From: Marsupella aquatica
Lineage: Eukaryota; Plantae; Marchantiophyta
Assembly: GCA_973895155.1 (NCBI GenBank)
Contig: OZ316894.1
Coordinates: 3,026,031 to 3,090,030, forward strand
Direction of reading: 5' to 3'
Length of the DNA: 64,000 nt
Made by a program: the position numbers and the translations under genes. The notes under the pieces are model-generated. The model did not search any database. It was not told where the DNA came from and saw only the letters and a list, made by a program, of their open reading frames with translations. Positions 26,545 to 40,169 of this stretch are shown one piece after another (the stretch's first letter is position 1; each line of letters begins with the position of its first letter).

Positions 26545-28208
26545 ATGGCGTCGAGCGAGAAGAAAACGGAGTCGTTTGAGCCGGAGACACCGAAAAGGGC
26601 TGAAATCTATACGTATGAAGCGCCCTGGCTGGTATATGGTATGAATTGGAGTGTTCAGAGGGAACACAAATTTCGGCTTGCAATCGGAAGTTTCATCGAG
26701 GAGTATAATAACAAAGTGGAGATTGTGAGATTAGATGACGAGACTGGCAAGTTCATGTCCGACCCGAAGCTTTCTTTTGATCACCCATACCCTACAACGA
26801 AGATCATGTTCATTCCAGACAAGGAAAGCCAGAAGCCTGACCTTCTTGCCACGACAGGAGACTATCTTCGCATATGGCAAATCCAGGAAGACAAGGTGGA
26901 ACTGAAGAGTTTATTGAATAACAACAAAAATAGTGAGTTTTGTGCTCCATTGACGTCTTTTGATTGGAATGAGTTGGAGATGAAACGAGTCGGCACTTCC
27001 AGCATTGATACAACTTGCACAATTTGGGATATAGAGAAGGAGGTGGTGGACACACAGTTGATTGCTCACGATAAAGCAGTCTATGATATTGCCTGGGGAG
27101 GTCTGGGTGTGTTTGCTTCTGTCTCAGCTGACGGTTCAGTCAGAGTGTTTGATCTAAGAGACAAGGAGCATTCCACCATCATTTACGAAAACCCTGAAAA
27201 CACCCCACTCCTTAGACTGGGGTGGAATAAGCAGGACCCTCGGTACATGGCTACCATTGTGATGGATTCAGCCAAGGTCATCGTCCTGGACATCCGATTC
27301 CCGACTCTCCCTGTTGCAGAACTCCAAAGGCATCAGGTTAGGAGCCCCATATCTTCCACCCCGCTGAATTCTTATGTTAGGAACTTTTTGGCACATTTGC
27401 GTAGAATCTTCGGCGGGACTGCTTCCACCTTACCCAAAAAGAACAGTTCCCTCGGAGGCAAAGTCTTGTCCAATTACTGCTTAAATCCAATCGATTAATC
27501 GGGCTTGTGACGTACTTGATCCTGTTGTGTCCTTGCTGAGATACGTAAAGACCGCGATCAATCAACACTGCTTTTTCCGCAACCTAAAGTATTCCCGTCG
27601 ACAGTTCGTAAAATTTGTGTGTCACGTGTTGACTTCGTTGTTGCTTGAGGAGGGATTTGCAGTCAAATGACAATTAGGGATCAATTTTGTACTGGAGTCT
27701 TACTCCAATTGCTGCGTCAGTCCAATCGATTAATCGTGAAGGACTTGATTTTTTTGTGTCCTTGCTGAGATATGTAAAGACCACGAGCAATTAAGACTGC
27801 AATGTCCGCAACCTAAAGCATTCCCGTCAACAGTTCTTAAAATTTGTGTGTCACGTGTTGACTTCATTGTTACTTGAGGAGGGATTTGCAGTCAAATATA
27901 TTCATGCATCAGATTTTGTACTGGCAGTGTTTCCTTCCGACCACCTAACTATTGGCTCCTTTGATCAGGCTTGTGTGAATGCCGTTGCCTGGGCTCCTCA
28001 CAGTTCGTGCCACATTTGTACTGCGGGTGATGATTCTCAAGCGTTGATCTGGGATTTGTCGACAATGACCACACCTGTGGAGGGTGGGCTCGACCCTATT
28101 CTGGCATACACAGCCGGGGCAGAGATCAATCAGCTTCAGTGGTCTTCTACACAGCCTGACTGGGTGGCTATTGCCTTCGCAAAGAAGTTGCAGATTCTTC
28201 GGGTGTAA
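26545..28208 (+). CDS. AN11/TTG1/LWD-family WD40 repeat protein (DCAF7/WDR68 homolog)
   Basis: ATG at 26545. Exon 1 (26545-27336) has [69 protein letters not shown]. Exon 2 (27969-28208) has [22 protein letters not shown]...KKLQILRV*. 343 aa in total. Confidence 0.96.
27470..27930. repeat. ~235 bp tandem duplication inside the WD40 intron
   Basis: Two diverged copies of 'ccaatcgattaatcg...ccgcaacctaaag.attcccgtc.acagttc.taaaatttgtgtgtcacgtgttgac...gaggagggatttgcagtcaaat'. Confidence 0.9.
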
Positions 28209-29321
28209 GAGGTTCGCCGAGCATTTAGTTGTTGGGTTACAAGAGCTCAAGGTTTGTGCTTTAATTCTCGAGGAAGGAGCCTCTGAAGAGTGTGCTCTCT
28301 GGGCCTGGAGGATCCATCACTCTTCATTAGGAAGCGAGTTGGGTGCTGGTCAGGAAACGGTTTTACTTGAACCCTATACTATCGATTCCTTCAGATGACC
28401 TCAAAGCAGTTGGACGTAGATGATTTCTCTGTGCCATTGCAAGTTATGGGTCCAGGATACATGTCCAGCATCTTTCCCTCGGTCTTGGACATCCAGACAG
28501 AGGAGTTACACGGTGCCTTTCAGGTTGGGGAATCATTGGAATGAACAGTTTGCTATGTCCTGAGCCGTGAGAAGAGAAGGGGCGCCTATGTCCTGAAGTA
28601 GGTTTTGGCTGTATATTATTTGGTTAACGCATTGACAGACGCATGGAAGGCTGAAGTCCGGCTGAGTTGACTACTGGATTTCGGTCCATTCGTTTGGCTC
28701 TGAGGTCTGTTCGTTTTGTTATGAATGACAATTCGCATCACATTCCCACATCAGTTACTGGTATGATGCATTGGACTACACTCATGTTGTAAACGACTCT
28801 AGTTTAGACGATTGAGCGAACTGATTCTGTTAGTGTGGCTATTCCCGGTCATACCTGATCGTGGCATGCTCAGTCTACGGACGTAGTTACATCAGACGGA
28901 CGATGAACATTGGGGATTTATGCTTTTTCCCTATCATATCGGAGATCGCGGTCTCATTCTATCGGAGGAATCGCAGTAAACGAGCATGAGGATTGTAGAG
29001 GACCTCTTCTTGGACTTTCGTTGTGGCACCTAGAGTATCTTGAATCCTCATGTATGCTTGTGATGATTGGCAATGAAGTAAAACATGCAAGCAGTGAAGG
29101 ATCACTCTTGTGAAACCTTGGATTGGTCCTAAAAACTCAGTCCAGTTTCAAAACGACTTCACGGCTCCATCACATTTCACTTGCACATCATAGTCATCCT
29201 GTTTTTCAAATGAATCACCAGGCATGCAAAAAATAACTTCCTAATGAAGAGTGATGGATCCTCAGGGCACCGAACCCTGGGCGTACTTCATTCAATCCTT
29301 CTTTTATCTCAGCGTCCACGC

Positions 29322-29575
29322 CACCTTCCGAACCTTTTGGGACAGCTTGGATGTGATCCACAAACACCAGAACTCGTCATGTGAAATATTCATATAGACA
29401 GAGATTGCTGGCACTCTAGAGTATGCCTTCAATTCCCTTGATCAGATTACACCTTCCGAGCCTTTAGGACAGTTTGGATGTGGCCCACAAACACCAGAAC
29501 TTGTCAAGTGAAATATCGTATAGTACAGAGATCCGCTGGCACTCTACGGTACGCCTTTAGTTCCCTAGATCAGAT
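29322..29575. repeat. ~127 bp tandem duplication
   Basis: 'caccttccga.cctt..ggacag.ttggatgtg..ccacaaacaccagaact.gtca.gtgaaatat...gctggcactcta' occurs twice. Confidence 0.85.
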
Positions 29576-30635
29576 GGAATCTGCCAACACTAGACACTGC
29601 AAGTGGGGTCCGTGGACCTTTGCTTAGTCAGACTCCCATTAAAGTGATGGACAATATAAGCTCATCGACCTCTTTCGTGGAAATTAGAGACTCAAATAGT
29701 CAACTTCAGATCAGAAGTTTATGGGTAAGCTAACTACGATAGACATGTAAAGTAAGGTGGCACTTGGCACATAAGTCCCATCCAGCAGGGGTAACAAATT
29801 CAAAGAAGTAAACATCGCTAGAGTGGAGTTGGAAATCAGATCTTGGTCATCTCTCGGTTCGTTCTATTCTTAACTACAAGCATTTCCTCCGTTACTGGGG
29901 TCGATTGTGCTTCCCCGATCGTACTTTACCTCTGTCCCTAGTTTAAAAGAAGACAAGTCTCTCTTTACATTAACTCCGAGAGAAAGGATTGCGTACTGGA
30001 ATCTTAGACGTGTCTCTAATGATTGTAACAGTACTTGATTCCTTTCATCAGGTCAATTGTGCTTCCTTGCTTAGCTTCCTTTTGATTATAAATTTTGTGG
30101 TCCATGTCGTCCAGTGCTGTGCAAATAATAATTTTTTCGTGCGATCAATCATTTGTCTCCCTTGCTCGTGCTCTGGGTATTGAATGTCCTCCCGCAACGA
30201 CAGTCTTCCCATAGCCCAATTGGTCGGGATGCACGTGAAACTACATCGACTCGATTGCATACTTTCTGTCAATCTGCTATAGCTCCTTTTTTCCTTGATC
30301 CTACCTCCGTTTGGCTCATCTGGACTTCATCCAGAAATGGACACTCATGCTCTCTCGTCGGGTCATTGACACTATCCCCTGTTTCAGTCGACGCCTTAGG
30401 GTCGTCAGTGAGGACGAACAACACTCTATGCCAGTGACTCACCAGCTGCAAGTCCCTCACTCGTTCTACACAATCCTAAACTGGCGGGATTTTTGGAAAC
30501 TGTGAAGTAAAATGGTCAAAGTAACGAGCAACAGGACTTTAACTGCCACACATCTTATCCATCACATCCACCTTTTCCTCAACTTGTCGAAGTACATCCT
30601 ATTCTACTTTTCTTGACAAAGTATGCCTTTTCACC

Positions 30636-30783
30636 ATTTTATTGTCCCGAGACTGACATCCTCGGATCCATCCAACTCCTTCTATAGAACGAGGGCCTAG
30701 TCCATTTCTATATTTTCGCTTTATTGTCCCGAGACTCACATCCTCGGATCCTTCCAACTCGTTCTATAGGACAAGGGCCTAGG
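30636..30783. repeat. ~81 bp tandem duplication
   Basis: 'tttattgtcccgagact.acatcctcggatcc.tccaactc.ttctatag.ac.agggcctag' occurs twice. Confidence 0.85.
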
Positions 30784-31831
30784 CGACGGTCGTCTCTCCA
30801 ATCTTCATTTGGAACTTCTTTCATGCCCTCCGAATCTCCAAGATAAGTGGGCTACGTTGAAATTTTTCTAGATTCCCACTATGACCCTCCTGGGGAAATT
30901 CGTGAGTGCAGAACGTCAGGTGTCAGCAGAATGGCAGCTGTTCATGGCTTCCCACAAGACGGGCAACAGAGGTGATCCGCTATAAATGCCTGCAGGATTG
31001 GGGGAGATGTAGACCCTAAACCCTGGCCAACGACACCGAAGGAAGTTCACAAACTGTAGCAACTACCTTAAAAGGCCCTCTACATCAAGTGCAGTTGACA
31101 CATAAAGTTGGAACATTCAAAACTGGGGTCCACTAACTGGATCGACCTGAATCTAGCTTTTCTGGAAGTAAGAAATGACCACCTTGTAGTTTACTGATAT
31201 CAGCAGCAAAATTTCACTTGGAAATTACACAGAGACGGGAATTCTTTCTCGCGAATTGTATGACAATGGACTTAACTATGCCGTACTGGTCCACGCCATC
31301 TATTATTCAATGATGTCCATCCGTTACTGTCATTTTCTGCCCGGTCTGGGGAAGCACTGATTACAAAACTTTCCAAGCCAGACCTTTCTTTGACAGGACA
31401 TCCCTAGGTCCCTTCATGTAGTGGACTCGAACAATGCTGGACGATAGTACATCAATTTGGAGCACTAATCGGTGTCGCAATGGACAAACCCCCAAGACCA
31501 ATTCAAAGGTGCCAAAAAAGCGGCTCTGGTCTGCATCGTGGAATGGCCGTTTAGTTCTGCAGTGTATCTGATTGAGATAATGGCGGGACCCTCGCATCAT
31601 CTAAAAGTAACTCATAAAAACAAATTTACATATCTCAAACTAAGTCACTATGACGCTAGTCGTTGATTTAGAAGATAAGCTGTTTTAAGAAGCCCCACCA
31701 AATCTGATTGCATCGAACTGAAAATTTGTGACGTTCGCCACCAACCAGAACTTTCTTGGTCCAGAAGAATTCCTTGCCGTCATGCTCATGCGCTCATGAG
31801 CATGCGCTGAGCTTTCCTTCAAACTTCTAGT

Positions 31832-34800
31832 TCACTTCGTGACAACAAGAACTCCCATAAGGCCACCACCCAGCTCATAATGTACTGCCCTGGAGAATCC
31901 AGCATCCTTTGCAAGTCTTTCCTGTTCTGTACCTGCAGAGCAAGGACTAGTTAGATAAAATAGAGCTCATAGAAGCTAGAGAATCCATATCCGACAACCT
32001 TTCTCTTCGGCTGGCAAGTCCACTTGACAGGGATAATTAAGAGGTGGTTTACGGTTTAGGGTGAGGTGAAATCAACATACTGTAGAAAACCTGTTAAAAG
32101 GTGAATTACATGAGTGAATACAAAAGGTGCTAAAAAGTAATCTAAAAATTCATATGTTGAAGATAGGGAAGAACCGAGTCTGAACGCCTTGCATTCTGGT
32201 ACATTTATGCCCCTAAACATGCTACACTTAAGAATAACAATCTCGGTTCGAGGCACGAAATCGCCAGTGGTGAGATTTATTTTTCAGAATCAAGAGAAAA
32301 GTAGCGTGCTTCAGTTTTCAAAAACATTCATGAAGCATTTGTGACAGAGTCAGTGCTGGCAATTCCAATTAGCAGGGATCCGTACTCGTTGGATGCCATT
32401 GGACATAGCCTCCATCACAAAGCAACCTACGGACGACAATCGAATTCAGTTTGGCGAATTAAACGGTGAGTACAACACGAACTATGTTAATCATACCAAA
32501 ACTTCGTGTCAGGAGGAACACTGAGATTGGAATAATTGTTGACACAAACCATCCAGGGGAAAAGAGTAAAGGCTTAGATCACCAACACAAAACAAAAGCT
32601 TACCGAAAGGAAACCGTGCTATTGATGTCTTTAAGTATGCGTACTCTTCTTCAACGCCTAAGTACGTGGCAACTGGTACCACAACATTATCCAACATCCA
32701 ACTCTGCACGTTTAAGCCCCACGAATCCAGGAGATCTCTGTCAATTCTCTCATTCAAACTTAGCTGCCATCAATAACCGGTCTCTCCCGACACTCGGACC
32801 TATTCATTCACTACAGTTTGTCAGAATGAACTGCTTCCAATATTGAATGAAAAACCTAATTCTTACAAGATGCCCACTATACCATGACCATGTAGTTGAC
32901 TAAGTGTACTATCTAGTCCAGATAATGATCTTTGCAATACTAGTCAGGTCATAAAGACATCGAAAGAGTTTATCAGGTGGTTGTCTTTGGCCTTGGTGCT
33001 CTATTCCCTGTCCTTCTGCGGCGACCTTCAGACTCCTTTGCATCTTCTCATTGCGTAAAAGAGAGATCCACTCACCTGAACACCATCAGTCAAGGGATCT
33101 GGGCTTCGATTGAAATCTAGAATGGCTGCTTTCCGACCTGAAACATGAGCACGCAGATAACCAGGATTCAATTGTATGAAATCCAGAAGTTGACTGAAAT
33201 AAACCTGTACGTGAAGTCTTTGAGTGGCTTCTCTCAACAATACTCCTTCAGTAAAAGTTCGAGAAAATTCGACACCAACTCATCTCGGTTACGCAGGGCA
33301 TGATTTACCTGGTTTCAATACACGGTGAATTTCAGCCAGAGCCTGTGGGATGTTTGCCACATTTCGGAGACCATACCCCATTGTGATGGCATCAAAGCAT
33401 CCCTCTTCATAAGGAAGAGCGAGAGCATCTCCTTGGATCCACCTGACAAATTTTGCACACTTTGAGACTGACGATCGACCACAAGTTCATCACCAGCTTT
33501 GCCTAAGTAAACGCCGCGAGGTAAGCTGTGCATCCTAAATTTACCGCCCACTGTCTAGAATGTAAAATAGCTTCAGCATAGGCCCATGCAGAAAAGGAGA
33601 TTGAAGGACCTACTCTATTCTTGCAAAGCGTGCTCGTGGAGAGTTTTCCTGTCGACTGGCCGCAATTGAGAGTTGCTCTGCTGCAAAATCAAGGCCCGCC
33701 ACCTACAACAGAGTATAGGACATTTACTTTACAAGAGGAATATCTCCATAACGAGAGACCCGAATATATCTGTATATCTCTCCCACAATGACAGTTTTAA
33801 GAATACATGCCAACATCCTTCGGGAGTAAGCAGTGGCAAAGATGTCGCGTATTGACAAAGTGCGAACCCTAAAGTCTCTCAAGAAAAGTATGTCAAGTAT
33901 TCAGTGCAGACTCTACCTTTCCTCGTGATCCCACATTTTCTGCGAGAAGAAACGCAAGATCGCCACTACCACAGCAGATATCAAGAACTGTATCACCTGC
34001 TTTAGCTCTTCACAGTAGCCCACATACCCGTCTTAGTCTCCCAAGAAACATAACTAATTAAAGGCAAAACCTCCACAAAAAAATCCCATCAAAAATGAGA
34101 TGCCCAATCAAGAGGACCGTCACTCGAGCAGGGTATGACCACCTATTGTCAAATAACATAGATAATATCCTACAAAATAAAAGCGATTCATTTTCCCTAC
34201 CACAGAAACAAAAGTATCCTGATCATTTAGAGTGAGGAAGAAACATACCCAGACCAAGACACACACATTCGCTTCCATATTCGATGTAAGCCCAGGCTCA
34301 ACCAGTCATTCAACTGCCACAGCCAACTGCTGTCAACCAGAAGTAAATTAAATGGCCAGATGTGCTTCTGTAATTAATTCTTAAGTGGACAGTTTGAATC
34401 AGCTCATAGTGGCTTCTCTTTGAGGTGTACGCTGGAATCAGTTGTACAAAACTTCGGAATCCCTTGTTGAGTCAGATTGTTGGTCACATAGGATACGAAT
34501 CATTTTGATCAAAGTATTTGATGCATCTATTTCAAGCCCTTGCTTTCATACCCAACTCGGAAGCATCCAATGTTGGCGGGAACCAACAGGCTCTGCCCAA
34601 ATATTCGTGGCTGATACGATTTACTTTTCTTCCTAAGTTCCCACGCACAACAGCCCCTCTAAACGTCCGACTGAGACTACTTACATTGTCATATACGGGA
34701 GCAATGCTGTTGAAAAGTCGCTGCCGTTTCATAACCTCTGCTTCAACCCCAATTGTTGGTATGTTGCGAGAATCAGTCTCAGTGGTCAAAACCTTGTCCC

Positions 34801-34966
34801 TTGTTCCAACTGCAGTTGCATCAACTTTAATCAATCGACCACCCTCCGAAAGCTTTTGCAATCGCCCTGGAAACTGCAGCCACTGCATTCCCCGTCTCCT
34901 TGCAGATGGCGAGGAGGAAGATATCCTCACAGCAGCAGGAGCACATGCTCCTGGAAGAGCTTCCAT
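31832..34966 (-). CDS. MENG: 2-phytyl-1,4-naphthoquinone methyltransferase (MenG/UbiE family), chloroplastic, 8 exons
   Basis: Exons: 34685-34966 (transit-like N-terminus, RQRLFNSIAPVYDN), ~34249-34313 (LNDWLSLGLHRIWKR), ~33917-34007 (VLDICCGSGDLAF, SAM motif I), ~33614-33702, ~33309-33442 (WIQGDALALPY..FDAITMGYGLRNV..EIHRVLKPG), ~33076-33137 (AAILDFN), ~32604-32703 (YAYLKTSI), 31832-~31932 (ELGGGLMGVLVVTK*). Confidence 0.93.
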
Positions 34967-35200
34967 GCCTCCGCTCGACACCGCTGCTCAGCTCAGCTTA
35001 GCTCAGCTCCAATCTCACCTTCAACGCAAAAAAGGCTAAATGATTTATCGAATGATTTCCTTGAACTGTAGTGGTTAGAAATGGAAGACACATTGAGGAG
35101 AGGCGAGGAGAGGAGTGGGAAGCGAATAATCGAACGAACGAACGGTGTTCCCTTTGGCTTGTTGGCCCCTTCGGACTTCGGTTACTTAGGCTATTTCCTT

Positions 35201-35290
35201 CCCTTTATTGGGTTGCTTTGCCTCTTGGGACACTCTCTCCCTGTTTGGGGCTTTATTGGGTGCTTTGCCTCTTGGGACACTCTCTCCCGG
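35201..35290. repeat. ~48 bp tandem duplication upstream of MenG
   Basis: 'ctttattgggt(t)gctttgcctcttgggacactctctccc' occurs twice. Confidence 0.85.
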
Positions 35291-35316
35291 TTGTTCTTTC
35301 TTTTGGAGTGTTATAG

Positions 35317-35542
35317 AAACAATTACACAACTATTCACCTTAAGTAGTGTTATGCAAGAAGTAGTGTTAAATTAACACTAATTTTTGTTGGTTTTCAAAA
35401 TAATTTTTGTCCACTTTAGCCTAAATTGTTTGTAAAAAATGGATGATCTTGAGTCCAAAGCTAGCACAAAATTAGTGCGAGTAGACCCTGAAAATGGGCG
35501 CTCTTGAATTAGTGTTAGTCACTAATTACTGTGTAGTTGTTT
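35317..35542. mobile_element. possible MITE
   Basis: Imperfect 13 bp inverted ends AAACAATTACACA / TGTGTAGTTGTTT around AT-rich DNA; no clear TSD. Confidence 0.3.
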
Positions 35543-36547
35543 TAAGAAATGATTTCTCTAAGGATCAAAATCATGTTTGAGATATGCCAAATAATGTCAT
35601 TTTCCAATTATTGTAAAAAACCCAAGAGTTACCTGGAATTGAGTTGACGAGAGTGGTGCATCATGGAAGAAGAATACCTCCGTCTCCAAGGACTGAGTGG
35701 TTACTTGCATCGTTAGTACGCATGGCATGTCAAGTCACTCTCTAGCAACGTGTTTGTGGTTTGTTATGCTTTTGGGCCAAACTGGCTAATTTGAGAGTTA
35801 TACCTGGGTGACCTCACCCCTGGAAAAAGCAAAAGTTTTTACTCTAGGCACTTTAGTCTCTCTAGTACTTTGAGACCACTAAGCAAGCACTGCAATAATT
35901 CTCTTCATGACCATGTAAACAATTAGCTAGACAGTAAGTATGCCCAAGAGGATGCCCCATTGGATTACCTTCTTGACTGTATTGTACCCAGTTGAAACTG
36001 CCCACGACTATGCAGACACTAATACATGATTGCATGATTTTGGCCACCCGAAAACAATAGAGAGAAGTTGAACCCAATTAATACAAAAGCTGAGCACAAA
36101 ACCCTCCTTTGAGATTGTTCGTGGGAACCTAGGCTCCCTCACAATTTCCTGCCCTCAAAACGGCTATTAATTTACTTGCAAAAAATCCTCAAGTTAGAAG
36201 TTACAATTTGAACCCAGACCTCAGGGTTCTGAGCTGGTAGTTTTGACAACTTGAGGCACAACTCAAACGCTGTAGAGATTAAAGTTTTTGGTCCTCCCTC
36301 ATGAACCTTAGTGGTGGGCTTAGGGTCCATGCTAAGCTCAGTATTTGCAAAGGCATAGAAAGGACAAAATAATTGTTGTTATTGAGAACGGTGGACCTTG
36401 AGTTCATGTAGCAACATCAAATCCTTCTGTATGTTTTGGGTAAAGAAGTGAGATTTAGTGTGGATGAGACGTGAAAAGATGCTTCAGGATTTGACATTGA
36501 TCACATCCATGTACTTTAGCTCTGCAAAGCTAAGGTAGAGGTTAAAG

Positions 36548-36585
<38 letters not shown>

Positions 36586-36697
36586 AGGGGAAATCTGTGA
36601 AGCCCCACAGAAAGGGAAGAGTTCGCCATAATAGTTGAACCCAAGACCTATCAGTCTCTACTCAAGTGAACTATCACAAAGTCATGCCTCTTTGGGC
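36548..36697 (-). mobile_element. short tRNA-derived SINE with (TAA)n tail
   Basis: Flanked by an 11 bp direct repeat AGAGGTTAAAG (36537-36547 and 36698-36708). The minus strand has a B-box-like GGGTTCAAC and ends in (TAA)~11. Confidence 0.75.
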
Positions 36698-37866
36698 AGA
36701 GGTTAAAGCTTTAGACAGGTATGTTAGAAGATTAGCCAATCTGCTTGTTAAATCTTCCACCAGATTCTCAATCTTATATATTTCAATTCTAGCTTATGTT
36801 TTTGCAATTATCATGCACATATGACATCAATAAATATTATTTACCTTGAATCTGCTATGGTTTTTCCAAACAAAGCATGAATGATCTTTACCTTGTAGTT
36901 CTTATATTTTTCCCACAGAAAAGGAATGAGATTTGGTATGCTTTCTTACATGAATAAGGATAATTTCTCGATGATCCTAGGCATCTGCAACAAAATTTCT
37001 AAGAATAATCTATCACAGAAACATAAATACAATTTGCTATTACAGAAGAGATGGATTAAGAAGTTTACATATTTGCATATCAAATCCTAAGTCAAGATTA
37101 AGACACCTCAACTAATTGGTCTAAACCCTAAATCCAACCACACTCATCCATTACCAACAAGACACTCCCTTTGGTGACATAAGTGAACATCTTGATACTT
37201 GCTCTTAATTTTCAGTTCATCTTATTGTGACAAAACCCTCTTCGATTACGGGCCTGGTTAATATCACGCCTAATCTATGTTAATATTGTACTTACCTTCA
37301 AGATAAGCATACCTAACCCAAATCTTATATAATCTCACCCTGAATGGCCTTAGTTAATGCCACACTTAGCTTATGGTAATTTTGTAACTACTCTAATTAA
37401 AAACAAACCTAACTCAGCTCTCATCCAAAAGCACACCTGATTAGAAGAAATATCCTATTAAAATTTTTACCCTAAATTCTACTCTATCTTTTTACTCATA
37501 TTTAGACCATCAAAGATGGCTTGAATGACCCCTTGAGTTCCCTTTTTCATCCATCCCCTTTAAATACCTTTAGTGTTTCCACCGCGCCACCACATGAATT
37601 GTCACTATGACTATTTCAGAGAATAAGGATAAAACCCTGTTAGAGATGCCGTCCATAAGTGCCAAGGAAGAAACAAAAAGGATTTAAAGAGTATTCTCTT
37701 CAAAGAAACAAAAAATTAAATGCTCCCCTTCATCTCGTTTTGTCCCGTGGTGTACTACATTACTATACATTAAGAAACTGGGTAAATACATTAGAAAATA
37801 CTTTGGGGAAAATATTGTCCTCCTCTCAATCGTCATGACAATAAGTGGGGCGAAACTGGGAAAATA

Positions 37867-38196
37867 GAACCAATTGGCTTAGGTCAATTGGCTAGGGGAT
37901 TTGCCTGGAATTGAGAGGTCCCAGGTTCAATCCCCCCTCCACACATTAGGGTGTGGAGGGTATATGTGTGTGGGTGGGATGGGTTTTGTGGGTAGTGGAT
38001 TGGAGTTCTGATTATCTGCTCGGCCCCTGGTCGTCCACTTTGTGGTCCTGATTTAATCCTCTCTCCTTCCTGGTGCGGGTCCCTGTCGTATCAGTTGGGG
38101 CTCACCCTGGTCTGGGTTCCCTACAGAAAAATTGTCACATTGGGATGGGGAGAGTCTAATTGTATTTCCTCCCCATTTCCATTCAAGACAAAAAAA
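37867..38196 (+). mobile_element. tRNA-derived SINE (~330 bp)
   Basis: 15 bp TSD GAAACTGGGAAAATA (37852-37866 and 38197-38211). A-box-like TAGGTCAATTGG and B-box GGTTCAATCCC at tRNA-like spacing; A-rich tail. Confidence 0.8.
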
Positions 38197-38607
38197 GAAA
38201 CTGGGAAAATATTAGTAGAAAAGTACTTTCCTCTCCTCAATCTAACTCATCATGACAAGAAGTGGGGACCCTTCAAAACACGACAAAGTATAGCAAACCA
38301 AAGTATTATAGACCAAAGTATTGGGACTAAAGTATTGGTACAAAAGTATTTTATGACAAATACACCTTTGGGCCTTTTTCGGGCCCCAACAACGAAAGGA
38401 TGTCCAAAAGCTACATTATCGCTTATGCGGAGCAGAGAATACACAATACAATCCACACTGTCCAGATAATCAGGACCTTCGTTACAGAACGTACAAGGGG
38501 ATCTTAGTCAGAAGTGTTGTTTTGGGATCAGTTCCCGATCAATGTTTTGAATAGGGTGATGTTGTCCCACCTCTGAAAATTCGCCCGTGAACTGCCTTAA
38601 ATCCTCA

Positions 38608-38800
38608 AAAAGCAAGGATCTGCAAAAGCGAAGGGCCTCTCATAGTCCTAGTAATTGCACATCAAAATATATGGTCCTAGTAATTGCACATCAAGATATG
38701 ACACAAAAAGCAAGGACATGCAAAAGCTAAGGGCCTCTCATTGTCCTAGTAATTGCACATCCAAATATATGATCCTAGTAATTGCACATCAAGATATGAC
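38608..38800. repeat. nested tandem duplication (TCCTAGTAATTGCACATC x4 within a ~98 bp unit x2)
   Basis: Read directly. Confidence 0.85.
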
Positions 38801-40169
38801 ATATATATGATGATTATACAATGGGTGGATGATATTTTTCCATACCATGATAAATTTCATTATTTTATTTAAATCAATGAGTACCACATTTTGATACCTG
38901 CAAGGCAAACAACTCTCTTCTGCAAGTCTGTGAGGTACTATAGTTGATTTCTTGCAAACTGAAAAAATGTCTTGTCTTCGATTGTGGTTTAGTAGTACGC
39001 AGTCCTTTTGCCCACAATGACAGTGAACTCGGAGTACAATAATTGAATTGATGAGAGTCAAGACATACTGCGAGTAGATTGGTCTCTACTTTGACATATT
39101 GGGGATTGAATTGTAGATTCAAATATGATTGGGTTGACCAATCATGTGATCACACTGGCAATCTAAACACAATCACGTTAGGGTTGACCACTCACATGAT
39201 TGATCAACCCCAATGTATCAACATAATAGGATAGGTACTTCTTTTTTTATTTCCACTTCCTTTGAGTGGTTCAATTACAGCGCCTATTGCATAATCATGT
39301 AGAAGACTCTCACAGTACTTCAATCAGTGTCATAGAGACATTCATACTTTTAGTTAGCCAGGGTAGTGATTGAAGGAGGGCCTGAAAGATAATTCATGAT
39401 TATGTGGAGATTGAAGGAGGGCCTGAAGGATAGTTCATCATTAGGTGTAGCCATTCATCTTTTGTGCATGGACTGGATTATTTTGTCCCAGTCTCCTCAT
39501 CTTGGTCTCTCATGAGAAGAACAAAGCATTTGAAGATTCAAAACTAAATGTTAAATTCTACATTAAATTGCTGATCAAGGTGGACAGTGTTGCCATTTAT
39601 TTGGGGAGTTGGTTCAAGAACATTGACTAATTTTCAGCATAATCTAAACTATCACACAAAATCCAGGTTAAAAAATGCGCAGAACTCATGATTTACATGA
39701 TGTAATGATATTTTTAATTTATGAGTATTTAGTAACCAAAAGACTAAAGTAACATAGATTTAGAATGCCTGGTTTAGGCTCAGGTAGCAAACTATGGGTT
39801 TAGGGTATATTTTAGGGTATATAGCAAATGCTCACTCCTAAATTATGGTGGTTGTACTCTGGTGAATTAATTTGTCTACCATCACATGCTTCATTATTGT
39901 AATTTGAATAGATCTTAATTGTCCAGTTTCATTTTATTTTCATCAAGCAATGATAAATTGTATTATGTTCCGCTCGGCTGAAATAACAAAATTACAGTGG
40001 GCTCTGTCTAAATGCATTACCTCGTTAAGTGTAGGGCATCCCATTCTTCCCATTTATTTTACATAGAATGAGTTTAATCCCCATGTGTTGCATAGAAGAC
40101 GTTGTTGTGTAAGAGATGTTGCATAAAAGATGTTGCATAAAAGATGATGTTGCCCAAAACATCTTGTTA

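Noticed and set aside
26476-27498. ORF-track 340 aa single-exon WD40 protein
   Set aside because: It uses a GTG start and reads into the intron; the spliced model 26545-28208 restores the conserved C-terminus.
29989-30505. Cluster of short ORFs between the WD40 gene and MenG
   Set aside because: No recognisable domain or consistent exon structure.
37875-37940. tRNA gene
   Set aside because: A and B boxes are present but there is no acceptor stem or cloverleaf; the TSD and A tail indicate a SINE.
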